From NCBI GenBank assembly GCA_031399065.1, contig JANNOM010000083.1, positions 1-64,000 on the forward strand: a stretch of 64,000 nt of DNA, written 5' to 3'. This stretch comes from Chitinophagaceae bacterium. Lineage in GTDB: Bacteria; Bacteroidota; Bacteroidia; Chitinophagales; Chitinophagaceae. The notes below the pieces were generated by a model. That model saw nothing but the letters and a program-made list of their open reading frames with translations, searched no databases and was not told the origin of the DNA. The position numbers and the translations under genes were made by a program. Positions 45,167-54,672 of the stretch are shown piece by piece; position 1 is the stretch's first letter, and every line of letters begins with the position of its first letter.

Positions 45167-45469
45167 GCAGCGAAGTTAAGAATAAAGGCAGAAGGTATAA
45201 AGTTAGAATGACCCCTGCTCGCTCGAATATAACGAGGCGAGTGCTCCATAAGCAGATGGAGGTGAACTTTTGGACGTTAGTGTAAAACCGGCCGCATGGT
45301 TTTATACTGGCCGATCGTTGCGAATTATCATCCGCTACGAAGCGGTAAAACGCTCATATTTTAAATTTTTCATTGCCCCCGAATGTTTGTAAATTTGCGG
45401 CCTGGTTTTTGTGCATGGCGCTGCCATTTGAATTTTCAAATGACGAGTGCTCTAAACCCCTAGGCAAAT

Positions 45470-46951
45470 ATGGCACTGAGTCAAAGTTTACAGCAGAAAT
45501 TATTACAGAAGTTATCGCCCCAGCAAATTCAATTAATGAAGCTGCTGCAGGTGCCTACTGCCTACCTGGAAGAGCGGATAAAGGAAGAGCTGGAAGAGAA
45601 TCCCGCACTTGAACAAACGGATGAAGGGCACGACGATGCCGACGACATGAAGGATGAGTTCGAAAATACAGATGAAGAGTTTGAACCGGATGGCAGCGAG
45701 GATGAATACGACAACCTCGACATCAGTGAATATGTAAACGATGGCGACGATGAAGTAGGGGATTATAAATTGCGGGACGATAACTACCCGGAAGCAGACG
45801 ACAACAAAACAATCCCCCACCGGGTAGAAACCACTTTTCACGATATGCTGGCCGACCAGCTGGGAATGGTAAAACTGGACGACCGTACCCGGAAGATAGC
45901 CGAACAAATCGTGGGAAGTATAGATGACGATGGTTACCTGCGCCGCGAAACTGCATCCATCAAGGATGATCTTGCCTTTCGCCAAAACATCGAAGCTACA
46001 GAAGATGAAATAGAGGAATTGATTCAGGAGATTCATAAATTCGATCCGCCGGGAGTGGCGGCGCGCGACCTCCAGGAATGCCTGTTGTTACAGTTGAAAA
46101 GAAAGCTGGCAGAAGGCAAAAATGTGCAGATAGCAGTTGAAGTGCTCACGCATTATTTCGATGAATTTACCAAGAAACATTACGAGAAAATACAGCGGGG
46201 GCTTGGCCTGGATGACGAAGGGCTGAAAGAGGTGATCAAACAAATCGTGAAGCTGACGCCTAAGCCGGGCGGTAATGTGGGTGAACTGAATAAAGCCGAA
46301 GCGTATGTAGTGCCTGATTTTTTTATTTATAATAACGGGGGCAAACTGGAGCTGACTCTTAACTCCAAAAATGCACCCGACCTGCGTATCAGCGAGGGCT
46401 ACCGGGATATGCTTCGGGATTACGATAAAGGCAGCAAAAAGGATAAGCGCCAGAAAGAAGCGGTACTTTTTATCAAACAAAAGATAGATGCGGCCAAATG
46501 GTTTATTGATGCCATCAAGCAAAGGCAGCAGACCCTGCTAAGTACCATGGGTACCATAATGGATTATCAGCATGAGTTTTTTTTCTCCGGCGATGAAACC
46601 ACCCTGCGGCCTATGATCCTGAAGGATATTGCCGAACGCACGGGCCTCGATATATCCACGGTAAGCCGGGTGGCGAACAGCAAATTTGTGCAAACGGAAT
46701 TTGGTACATACCGTCTGAAGTTTTTCTTTAGCGAATCCTTAAGTACAGATAGCGGCGAAGAAGTTTCCACCCGCGAGGTGAAAAAGATCTTAAGCAATAT
46801 GGTGGAGGAAGAAAGTAAAAAAAGACCCCTCAGCGATGAGCGTCTTACAGAATTGCTGCAGGAGAAAGGTTATAATATAGCCCGCCGTACCGTGGCTAAA
46901 TACCGCGAGCAACTGAATATTCCGGTGGCCAGGCTAAGAAAGGAACTATAA
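45470..46951 (+). CDS. rpoN: RNA polymerase sigma-54 factor
   Basis: It has an N-terminal Gln/Leu-rich activator-interaction region, an acidic linker and a C-terminal RpoN box (ARRTVAKYRE). Confidence 0.9.
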   Translation: MALSQSLQQKLLQKLSPQQIQLMKLLQVPTAYLEERIKEELEENPALEQTDEGHDDADDMKDEFENTDEEFEPDGSEDEYDNLDISEYVNDGDDEVGDYKLRDDNYPEADDNKTIPHRVETTFHDMLADQLGMVKLDDRTRKIAEQIVGSIDDDGYLRRETASIKDDLAFRQNIEATEDEIEELIQEIHKFDPPGVAARDLQECLLLQLKRKLAEGKNVQIAVEVLTHYFDEFTKKHYEKIQRGLGLDDEGLKEVIKQIVKLTPKPGGNVGELNKAEAYVVPDFFIYNNGGKLELTLNSKNAPDLRISEGYRDMLRDYDKGSKKDKRQKEAVLFIKQKIDAAKWFIDAIKQRQQTLLSTMGTIMDYQHEFFFSGDETTLRPMILKDIAERTGLDISTVSRVANSKFVQTEFGTYRLKFFFSESLSTDSGEEVSTREVKKILSNMVEEESKKRPLSDERLTELLQEKGYNIARRTVAKYREQLNIPVARLRKEL

Positions 46952-46962
46952 AATTTTACCAG

Positions 46963-47649
46963 ATGTACGAAGCCAACGGAGACAGAAGAGCAACCGAAAA
47001 AGAAATACCCCGTAACCATCCGGAAACGGACCGTACGCTGCTTTTTTTTGGTAACCTGGTATCCTTTATATTTCACCCGCTGTTTATTCCATTTTATATC
47101 ACCTGCTTCCTGGTGTTCGTTCATCCCTTTGCGTTTCCCGGGATGGATCAAAAGGTAAAAGTATTCCGGGTGATATCGGTGTTTATGCTGACGGCCTTTT
47201 TCCCCGCCTTTACCGTTTTCCTGTTAAGAAGGCTTCAGTTTATCCGTTCTATTTATCTGCGTACGCAAAAAGACAGAATCATACCTTATGTGGCTTCCAT
47301 GTTTTTTTATTTCTGGATTTTTTATGTGTCTAAAAACCTTACGGACAGTTCACCCCTTTTTGTAATGCTGCTGCTGGCGGTATTTATTTCTTCCATCGTT
47401 TCGCTGATGGCCAATATCTATTTCAAGATAAGTATGCACGGCATCGCAATGGGGGTAATGCTTACCTTTTTCGTATTGGTGGCGCTGCGGGGTGACGTGG
47501 CGATGGGAGCTGTTCTTGCACTGGTGGCTATTACGGCAGGGTTGGTATGTACGGCGAGGCTGCTGGTATCCGATCATTATCCTTTTGAAGTATATGCCGG
47601 CTTTCTGCTGGGCATCGTGAGCCAGTTGCTGGCGGCCCTGTTCGTTTAA
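46963..47649 (+). CDS. PAP2-like (type 2 phosphatidic acid phosphatase superfamily) membrane protein
   Basis: It is polytopic and carries a degenerate PAP2 motif 3 (ARLLVSDHYPFEV, about SRx5Hx3D) and an SMHG motif. Confidence 0.45.
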   Translation: MYEANGDRRATEKEIPRNHPETDRTLLFFGNLVSFIFHPLFIPFYITCFLVFVHPFAFPGMDQKVKVFRVISVFMLTAFFPAFTVFLLRRLQFIRSIYLRTQKDRIIPYVASMFFYFWIFYVSKNLTDSSPLFVMLLLAVFISSIVSLMANIYFKISMHGIAMGVMLTFFVLVALRGDVAMGAVLALVAITAGLVCTARLLVSDHYPFEVYAGFLLGIVSQLLAALFV

Positions 47650-47718
47650 CAGCAAAGCCCAATCATAGGGTACGATTGAGCTGTTGTCTGTTTTCAAACC
47701 ATCTAGTCGTTGTCCAAT

Positions 47719-48510
47719 CTAGCCGTTCAGAATCTTTGATTGATTCAGGTATTTCTTTGTGGGATGATATATAAACAGGCAACTGCCATTCTTAATAGTG
47801 TGAATAACTTTGGGTGTAATACGTGAAGGAACGGCGGGGCATCCGAAGCTTCTTCCATTGAACCGGTTGGATCTTAAAAAGCCGGCACCCACATATTGCG
47901 ACCCGTGAATAACGATGTTACGCTCGTCTGCGCGATCATTAAATCCTTTTTCCAGACCCTCTATTTTTAACGCCAGTCCATGGTCGCCGAAGTAAGTATT
48001 CCTGGTAAGATAGAACCCCAGGCTGCTTTGATGCGACTCCGGCCTGTTGGAAAAAGCGCGGGCATATTCTCCCCCTGAATTACGACCGTGAGCCACATAG
48101 GTGTTAAGTAATAGTTTGCGGCTTACAACGTCGAAAATATACAGTCTTTTCCTTCGGGACGACTGGCTGAAATCGCATATAGACAAAATGCTTTCCCGGT
48201 ATAGTCTGTTTTGTTTCCGCAGTCGGTGATAACCTTTCCAGGCATATTCAAATGCCTTTTTATTTAATCCCGCCTTTCTGAGATGCATGGAATCATAAAT
48301 AATTCCTGCGTCTTCCGCAAGCGGTTTGGTGGTTGTGTTGTGTTTTTTAGCGGTGGTTGGTAAAGTGCCTGGCTGACGTTTGTGGGTGGATTTGACAATG
48401 ACAGGAGTAACCATTACTGTGGCCATATTGGAACCGTTAATAGTTCCTGAACTCATAAGCATAAGGGCTAACAAACCGCCTATAGATACGGATTTAAAAG
48501 TATTACGCAT
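47719..48510 (-). CDS. L,D-transpeptidase catalytic-domain family protein (YkuD_2-like)
   Basis: It has a signal peptide and the conserved C-terminal ...GRSFGCPAVPSRITPKVIHTIKNGSCLFIY. It is a paralog of 50674-51462. Confidence 0.6.
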   Translation of the reverse strand: MRNTFKSVSIGGLLALMLMSSGTINGSNMATVMVTPVIVKSTHKRQPGTLPTTAKKHNTTTKPLAEDAGIIYDSMHLRKAGLNKKAFEYAWKGYHRLRKQNRLYRESILSICDFSQSSRRKRLYIFDVVSRKLLLNTYVAHGRNSGGEYARAFSNRPESHQSSLGFYLTRNTYFGDHGLALKIEGLEKGFNDRADERNIVIHGSQYVGAGFLRSNRFNGRSFGCPAVPSRITPKVIHTIKNGSCLFIYHPTKKYLNQSKILNG

Positions 48511-48588
48511 AATAATTATCAACTGGTTTTTCAAAACGTCCATATCATAAACGGCCGATAGCGCAAAATAGTATCCTGTCATTTAATT

Positions 48589-49641
48589 TTACTCAGGTGT
48601 GGCCTGCTTGTCCATATCCGCCAGCGGGTGTGCAGCAGAGCCAAATTCGGTGGAGTAAAGCTTTATGAGCAGCACGAACAGGGAGATGACGATAGGCCCG
48701 AAAATAAGACCTATAAAACCAAATAGGCTCACCCCTGCAATTACCCCGAGGATGGTAACCAGTGGGTGGGTATCGCCCAGTTTTTTCTGCAGTACCATCC
48801 TGAAAAGATTATCTACCGTGCCTATAATGCCGAAACCGTATACCAGCATTACTATCCCCTTCCAACTTTCTCCCTGCGCAAAAAAGATGATACTGATAGG
48901 TACATAAGCCATAGCTGCACCTACCACCGGAAGCATAGATGTAATACAGGTGATGGCGAACCAGAAAAAAGGTTCTTTCAAACCCAGGATAAGGTAAGCG
49001 ATGAGGCCCATAATACCCTGGGCAAGAGCTATTAAAGGGATCCCGATGGCATTGGAAGCTACCATTACGTTGATTTCGTGCCCCACCTTATTGGTATTCT
49101 TGTCGCTCATGGGTAAAAATTCGGAACATATCCTTTCCATTTTGCGACCGCTGGTCAGCATGAAATATAATAAGAAATACATCATGGCAATGGATGCTAT
49201 GGTATTGAAGGTGGCTCCCAGTACAGTCGGTATCTTTTGAGCAACGATAGCACCTGCGGATTTTAAATTCGACTCGCTGATAATACCAACCCCTAATTTT
49301 TTTTCCAGCTGGTCAACAAAACGGGTAATTGATCGGGTAATTTCAGCACTATGCTCAATGGCGAAATTGATACGGGACGACAGCAAATTAACTACGAGCC
49401 AAACCGGTACCATTATGATGATAAATGAAGTGAACATTAATAAGGCTGCTGATTTTCCGGGGGTCCACTTCCTCACGTGAATGAGCCTGAACATTCGTTT
49501 ACGCATTAGTACATAAAGCGTAAGAGCACCCAGAAAGGCAGGAATAAAACCGTTCAATGTGCTGAAAATCAACCCTCCTAATAGAAGTATAATGAGCAAA
49601 AATGAGATCTGGCGTAGTTTGCTGTTGTCGATGTAATGCAT
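48589..49641 (-). CDS. AI-2E family transporter (PerM-like)
   Basis: 350 aa with 8 TM segments and the characteristic AI-2E topology. Confidence 0.8.
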   Translation of the reverse strand: MHYIDNSKLRQISFLLIILLLGGLIFSTLNGFIPAFLGALTLYVLMRKRMFRLIHVRKWTPGKSAALLMFTSFIIIMVPVWLVVNLLSSRINFAIEHSAEITRSITRFVDQLEKKLGVGIISESNLKSAGAIVAQKIPTVLGATFNTIASIAMMYFLLYFMLTSGRKMERICSEFLPMSDKNTNKVGHEINVMVASNAIGIPLIALAQGIMGLIAYLILGLKEPFFWFAITCITSMLPVVGAAMAYVPISIIFFAQGESWKGIVMLVYGFGIIGTVDNLFRMVLQKKLGDTHPLVTILGVIAGVSLFGFIGLIFGPIVISLFVLLIKLYSTEFGSAAHPLADMDKQATPE

Positions 49642-49796
49642 ATAGCAGGATTATTAAGGCTTTAAATTAGTTATAATATAGTTTGCCGGGTTGCTAATTT
49701 ACTTCATTTGCCAGACACTTAGTATGGGCCCCCTTTATTGGCCTTAATGTTGCATTAATAAATGTAATACGTACCTAAGTAAATGTAGAGAAGATA

Positions 49797-50171
49797 ATGA
49801 AAGATGATATTCCAAGAGTACTGATTGTAGACGATGAGATGGATATTTGTTTCGTTCTCAGCAACATGTTCAAGAACCAAGAGGTTTTTTCAGAATATGC
49901 CAATTCCCTGGCGGAGGCGCAATTGTTAATGAAATCTCATCATCCCACTATTTTAATACTTGATAATCATCTCCCCGATGGCCTCGGAGTAGAATTTATT
50001 GAACACGTTAAACAGGCTTATCCTGATACTAAAATAATAATGATAACCGCGCATGATACTGCTTCGGATAAAATGCTGGCTCTTAAAAACGGAGCTGATT
50101 ATTTTATCGGTAAGCCCTTTTCCATTTCTACTGTAAAGCATACGATAGACTGCCTGTTGAATCGTGCCTGA
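49797..50171 (+). CDS. Stand-alone response regulator receiver domain protein
   Basis: It has CheY-like acidic pocket residues (VLIVDDE, D in ILDNHLPD) and no output domain. Confidence 0.75.
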   Translation: MKDDIPRVLIVDDEMDICFVLSNMFKNQEVFSEYANSLAEAQLLMKSHHPTILILDNHLPDGLGVEFIEHVKQAYPDTKIIMITAHDTASDKMLALKNGADYFIGKPFSISTVKHTIDCLLNRA

Positions 50172-50337
50172 TAATAAGCACTGTCTGTAGAATTTTTTTC
50201 CCATACTCATCTGTTAAATCAACAAATTGGTCAGTTTTTATTTATTATTTATCATGATCAGCGGATGAGAATGCTGGCAAGGTTTTTCTATTTAACATTA
50301 AGTATACAATAATTGTACACCTTCAAATAACAACTTC

Positions 50338-50487
50338 ATGGGAAATCTTCTTTATTTAGTGGCCGTTATCTTAATCATAGCATGGGCAGTTGGATTCTTG
50401 GGCTACCAGGCCGGCGGTATTATTCATATTTTGCTGGTAATAGCTGTGATAGCTATTTTATTAAGGGTTATCAGGGGAGCTGCATAG
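50338..50487 (+). CDS. lmo0937-family small membrane protein (49 aa)
   Basis: MGNLLYLVAVILIIAWAVGFLGYQAGGIIHILLVIAVIAILLRVIRGAA was translated by hand. It is below the ORF-track size cutoff. Confidence 0.6.
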   Translation: MGNLLYLVAVILIIAWAVGFLGYQAGGIIHILLVIAVIAILLRVIRGAA

Positions 50488-50673
50488 CTTAACTTATTAC
50501 CAAAAAATGAAGGGTATGTATGTTGGTTCATCCAGGATACATACCCTTTATTTTTATTTATTTTGCGGCTAAAATGTTAAAGGGGGGCTAAAGTTCGCTG
50601 TTGAGCGAAAACATTTCAGGATTTAAGCCGTTATCACTTACCGGTAATGCTTTGTTCAAAAAATCAGTTATAA

Positions 50674-51462
50674 ATGATGAGATCTATTAATTTCCGTTTA
50701 AAACCGTTTTTATTTATTGCAGTGATACTTGCAGCGAGCTTTAGCTTTTTACAGGCTGTACCATATCACAATGGTAAAGCCGATAAAAATACTAGTAAAA
50801 GCACCCTTCGCTCGGCAAGTAACGAGATAAGCAATATGCAATTGTACGAAGATCTTCAACTAGATTCACTCCATTTATCAAAAGAAGCATTTATATATGC
50901 GATGCAAGGACTTGACAGTCTGCAATCCGCAGGTCTCGTTACAAACGACAGTATAATTTCTATTGTCGATTTCAGCCTTCCATCCAGTAGTAAAAGACTT
51001 TTCGTTATTGATTTATCCTCCGGAGCATTGCTGTTCAACACTTTCGTATCTCACGGAAAAAATTCAGGAAGAGAAATAGCTACCCGCTTTTCAAATAAGC
51101 TAAACAGCTTTGCTAGCAGTCTTGGATTTTACATTACCGGAAATACCTATAAAGGTGAACACGGTTATTCTCTCCGTCTAAACGGTATAGAAAAAGGAAT
51201 TAATGACAATGCATTGAACAGGGGGATTGTGATGCACAGTGCCGCGTATGTAACCGAAAAACTGATCAGCAAACAGGGATATATTGGTCGCAGCCTCGGT
51301 TGTCCTGCTGTGCCTGTCGCACTACATAAAGCCATCATAGGAACTATCAAGAATGGAAGCTGCCTGTTTATGTATAGCCCCGATAGAAAATATATAGCTC
51401 ATACGAGGATTTTTAAATCATCTTTTCTCTTTCCACAATTGCTCGTCAACGAAGAAGTTTAG
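50674..51462 (+). CDS. L,D-transpeptidase catalytic-domain family protein (YkuD_2-like)
   Basis: It has a signal peptide and the conserved C-terminal ...GRSLGCPAVPVALHKAIIGTIKNGSCLFMY. Confidence 0.6.
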   Translation: MMRSINFRLKPFLFIAVILAASFSFLQAVPYHNGKADKNTSKSTLRSASNEISNMQLYEDLQLDSLHLSKEAFIYAMQGLDSLQSAGLVTNDSIISIVDFSLPSSSKRLFVIDLSSGALLFNTFVSHGKNSGREIATRFSNKLNSFASSLGFYITGNTYKGEHGYSLRLNGIEKGINDNALNRGIVMHSAAYVTEKLISKQGYIGRSLGCPAVPVALHKAIIGTIKNGSCLFMYSPDRKYIAHTRIFKSSFLFPQLLVNEEV

Positions 51463-52849
51463 GATCTGTAAACAGGCGACGGGCTAGTTTTGCGTCATGA
51501 TCATAAATGTCTTCTGCATTTTTTAAAGTACCGTTATTATCCGCCCAGGTTGTGTAATAGGAAATCAATACAGGTACCGGTTCTTTCACCTTTACATATT
51601 TCTCCGTTTCACTGTTCATGGCACTATCTATTTTTCCGGGTGTCCATTCCGGCTGATCCTGCAGCAGGTACCGCGCCATTTTTGCGGGGTCGCTCAGGCG
51701 AATACAACCATGACTGTAGGCCCGTTTATCTTTATTGAAAAGCTCTTTATAGGGAGTATCATGAAAATAAATATTGAAGCTATTGGGAAAAAGGAATTTC
51801 ACCTTACCAAGATCATTCTTTTCTCCGGGTAGTTGCCGCACTACAGGCAGGCCGTTTACCTCTCCTGTTATCTCCATGTTCTTTTCTTCCAGGTAGTTTT
51901 TATTCTTTTCCATGGACGGTATAATTTCCTTTTTTACTATGCTTTCCGGAAGGTTCCAGTAAGGGCTGAACACCACCTGGTTAAGATTGCCGGAGAACAT
52001 GACCGTATTATGTCCTTCTTTACCTACCACGACATCCATATCAAATGCTAAAGCATTCCCATTTTGTACGTGTAATTTAAACTCGGGGATATTTACCAGT
52101 ATCAGCCTTCCCTGTGGAGCGGCGGGCATCCATTTCATTCGTTCCATATTTACCAGCAACTGCTGCACTTGCAACGTGAGAGAATCTTTGTAAACGCGGC
52201 CTCCAGCGGAGTCCGGCCGGCTACGGATACTGTCTACCCATGTTTTTAATTGCTTACGGAGTTGATTGTAGGAGGGATTAACCACGCCTTCATTACCTGA
52301 TACCAGTGTTTCTTCTGCGAGAATAAGTACCGGTTTTTTTATGGCAGGTATCGACCCTTCCAGTATTCCTGCCCTTGTATCGGCATCGCTGTATTTAGTC
52401 CATGCATAATTAATGAATCTCCAGGTAAGCGAAAGTTCCGTTTTAATTATATCGGCGTCTGAAGCGGAAGGAGCAATACTGTCATCCGTCATCAGGTTAT
52501 CCAGCCTGCTGTCAAGCGATTTCCGGGCACTGTCTTCCGTATAGTCGTAAAGACTGTTGAAGGCAAAAGTCTGTTCCGTAAGTCCCTCGCTATTAAACCA
52601 GGCAAACTGGTAATTTCGGGCATTATAAAAACTACGCATGTCGTTAGAGATGGTATCGTTAAGCTGCTGCAGGGTAATAAATTGCTCAACTGCGAGGCTA
52701 TCGAGAAAAAGATCGCTATAGGAATTAGCTTTTGTAATGGCGGTGTTTCTTTCAGTTAGTTTTTTTGACGTTCCCGTAACGGGTGGGGTGTTTTTACAGG
52801 CCAGGAAGAAGAGAGAAATTATTAAAAACGCTACTATAGATTTTTTCAT
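51446..52849 (-). CDS. L,D-transpeptidase (YkuD domain) lipoprotein
   Basis: It has a lipobox (FFLACKN) and a YkuD catalytic motif (SHGCIRLS). Its 3' end overlaps the convergent gene at 51446-51462. Confidence 0.75.
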   Translation of the reverse strand: MKKSIVAFLIISLFFLACKNTPPVTGTSKKLTERNTAITKANSYSDLFLDSLAVEQFITLQQLNDTISNDMRSFYNARNYQFAWFNSEGLTEQTFAFNSLYDYTEDSARKSLDSRLDNLMTDDSIAPSASDADIIKTELSLTWRFINYAWTKYSDADTRAGILEGSIPAIKKPVLILAEETLVSGNEGVVNPSYNQLRKQLKTWVDSIRSRPDSAGGRVYKDSLTLQVQQLLVNMERMKWMPAAPQGRLILVNIPEFKLHVQNGNALAFDMDVVVGKEGHNTVMFSGNLNQVVFSPYWNLPESIVKKEIIPSMEKNKNYLEEKNMEITGEVNGLPVVRQLPGEKNDLGKVKFLFPNSFNIYFHDTPYKELFNKDKRAYSHGCIRLSDPAKMARYLLQDQPEWTPGKIDSAMNSETEKYVKVKEPVPVLISYYTTWADNNGTLKNAEDIYDHDAKLARRLFTDPKLLR

Positions 52850-52877
52850 GCATTAGCGTATTTCAAAAGCCATGCCT

Positions 52878-53519
52878 TTAAACGCTGCTAACCGGATGTT
52901 TATCACCGGTTTTATTTTCCGGTATTGAAACGCGTTCTCTTTCCGGAAGTATATTAAAACTTCTGCGGTGATGATGACAGGTACCGTGCAATTCAATAGC
53001 TTTCCGGTGTTCGGCAGTGCCATAGCCCTTGTTATTGCTCCAGAGGTAATGAGGAAACTGTTCATGCAACTGCTGCATATAGGCGTCCCTATATGTTTTT
53101 GCCAGTACGCTGGCGGCGGCTATAGACGCATAAATGCCGTCTCCTTTTATAATGCAATGGTGGGGTACGCTTTTATAGGGATTGAACCGGTTGCCATCGA
53201 TCAGCAACAGTTCCGGGTATACGGGTAATTGTTCCAAAGCCAGGTGCATGGCTTTAAACGAGGCTTTCAATATATTGATCGTATCTATTTCTTCCACCTC
53301 TACCTGCGCTACGGAATATGCGATGGCTTTTTCTTCAATATAGGGCCGCAGATCGTTTCGTTCTGCCGGTGATAATTGTTTAGAATCGTTCAGCAGGGGA
53401 TGAAAAAACTTTTTGGGAAGTATAACGGCGGCGGCAAATACAGGACCTGCATAGCAACCTCTGCCAGCTTCATCGCATCCCGCTTCTACGTATTTGTTAT
53501 GATAATAGCCTTTAAGCAT
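52878..53519 (-). CDS. rnhB: Ribonuclease HII
   Basis: It carries the DEAGRG catalytic motif. Confidence 0.9.
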   Translation of the reverse strand: MLKGYYHNKYVEAGCDEAGRGCYAGPVFAAAVILPKKFFHPLLNDSKQLSPAERNDLRPYIEEKAIAYSVAQVEVEEIDTINILKASFKAMHLALEQLPVYPELLLIDGNRFNPYKSVPHHCIIKGDGIYASIAAASVLAKTYRDAYMQQLHEQFPHYLWSNNKGYGTAEHRKAIELHGTCHHHRRSFNILPERERVSIPENKTGDKHPVSSV

Positions 53520-53693
53520 ACTGTACTTCTCCTGCGCCGGGTAAACCGGCGGTAACCTGGTAAGCAGCGAAAATAAAAATCTTTCGCCAACATTTTTGCG
53601 ATGTTGGGAAATAAATGAAATGCGCTATCACGCATGCTTTATATACCTGCATAAACCCCGGCAATTAACTAATTTTGCATTAATTTTTTAATT

Positions 53694-54626
53694 ATGGCAG
53701 CTATCAGGCGATGGACCCTCGCTACTTTTATTCTTACTTTCCTGGTAATTATTGCCGGAGGTGTGGTGCGTACCACCCAAAGCGGTATGGGCTGTCCTGA
53801 CTGGCCAAAGTGTTTCGGTCAATGGATCCCGCCGATGAATGAAAGTCAGCTTCCGCCGGATTTTGAGAAATATTTGGAAAAGCAGGATATCGATCACACG
53901 TTCAACGCGCTGCACACCTGGATAGAATACATTAACCGGCTGGTAGGTGCCCTGCTGGGTCTGTTTGCCGTTATACAGGCTGCTTTGCTGTTTAATAAAA
54001 GAAAACAGTACCGTACACCTTTCCGGCTGGCACTGGGCTTCCTGTTGCTGGTGGTACTTACCGGCCTCTTCGGTGCGATAGTGGTAAAGCTGAACCTGGC
54101 ACATCTGAGTATTTCCGTTCACTTGTTTTTTGCCATAGCCCTTTTGCAGATACAACTGGCACTGATACTTTCGTTAAAGGAAAAAACAGGGGTGCTGCCG
54201 TTGGAGCGTAAACTGCGCAGCATGTTGCTGGCTTTCCTTTTCATTTTAATAGTGCAAAGTGTTCTGGGAACCATGGTGCGCATATATGTAGATGATGTAT
54301 CCAAAGCGCTCGGCTACCAGCAGCGGGATACCTGGCTGGCTGCGCTGCCTTTAAATTTTCTGCTGCATCGTTCATTTTCATGGGTAGTGTTATTATTGTC
54401 GTTATTGCTTGCCTGGCAGGTGCGGCAAATGGGGGATATTAAAAATAAAGTCTGGACCATGACGGCGTTTGTAATACTGAATATGATAGTAGGTATCGTG
54501 CTGTTCTATGCAGGTATGCCTGCCGTGGCGCAGCCTTTACACCTTGTAATGGCCGCCGCCGCCATTACGCAGACGATAAGCGTGTTACTGCAAACGAAGC
54601 CGGTACGCAATAACATTACTATATAG
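53694..54626 (+). CDS. ctaA: Heme A synthase (COX15/CtaA family)
   Basis: It has 8 TM segments, a conserved Cys pair (GMGCPDWPKC) and His residues. Confidence 0.85.
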   Translation: MAAIRRWTLATFILTFLVIIAGGVVRTTQSGMGCPDWPKCFGQWIPPMNESQLPPDFEKYLEKQDIDHTFNALHTWIEYINRLVGALLGLFAVIQAALLFNKRKQYRTPFRLALGFLLLVVLTGLFGAIVVKLNLAHLSISVHLFFAIALLQIQLALILSLKEKTGVLPLERKLRSMLLAFLFILIVQSVLGTMVRIYVDDVSKALGYQQRDTWLAALPLNFLLHRSFSWVVLLLSLLLAWQVRQMGDIKNKVWTMTAFVILNMIVGIVLFYAGMPAVAQPLHLVMAAAAITQTISVLLQTKPVRNNITI

Positions 54627-54672
54627 CCGTTGCAATAGGGCAGTGGTTGCCAATATAAAACCCCTCTTCTTC

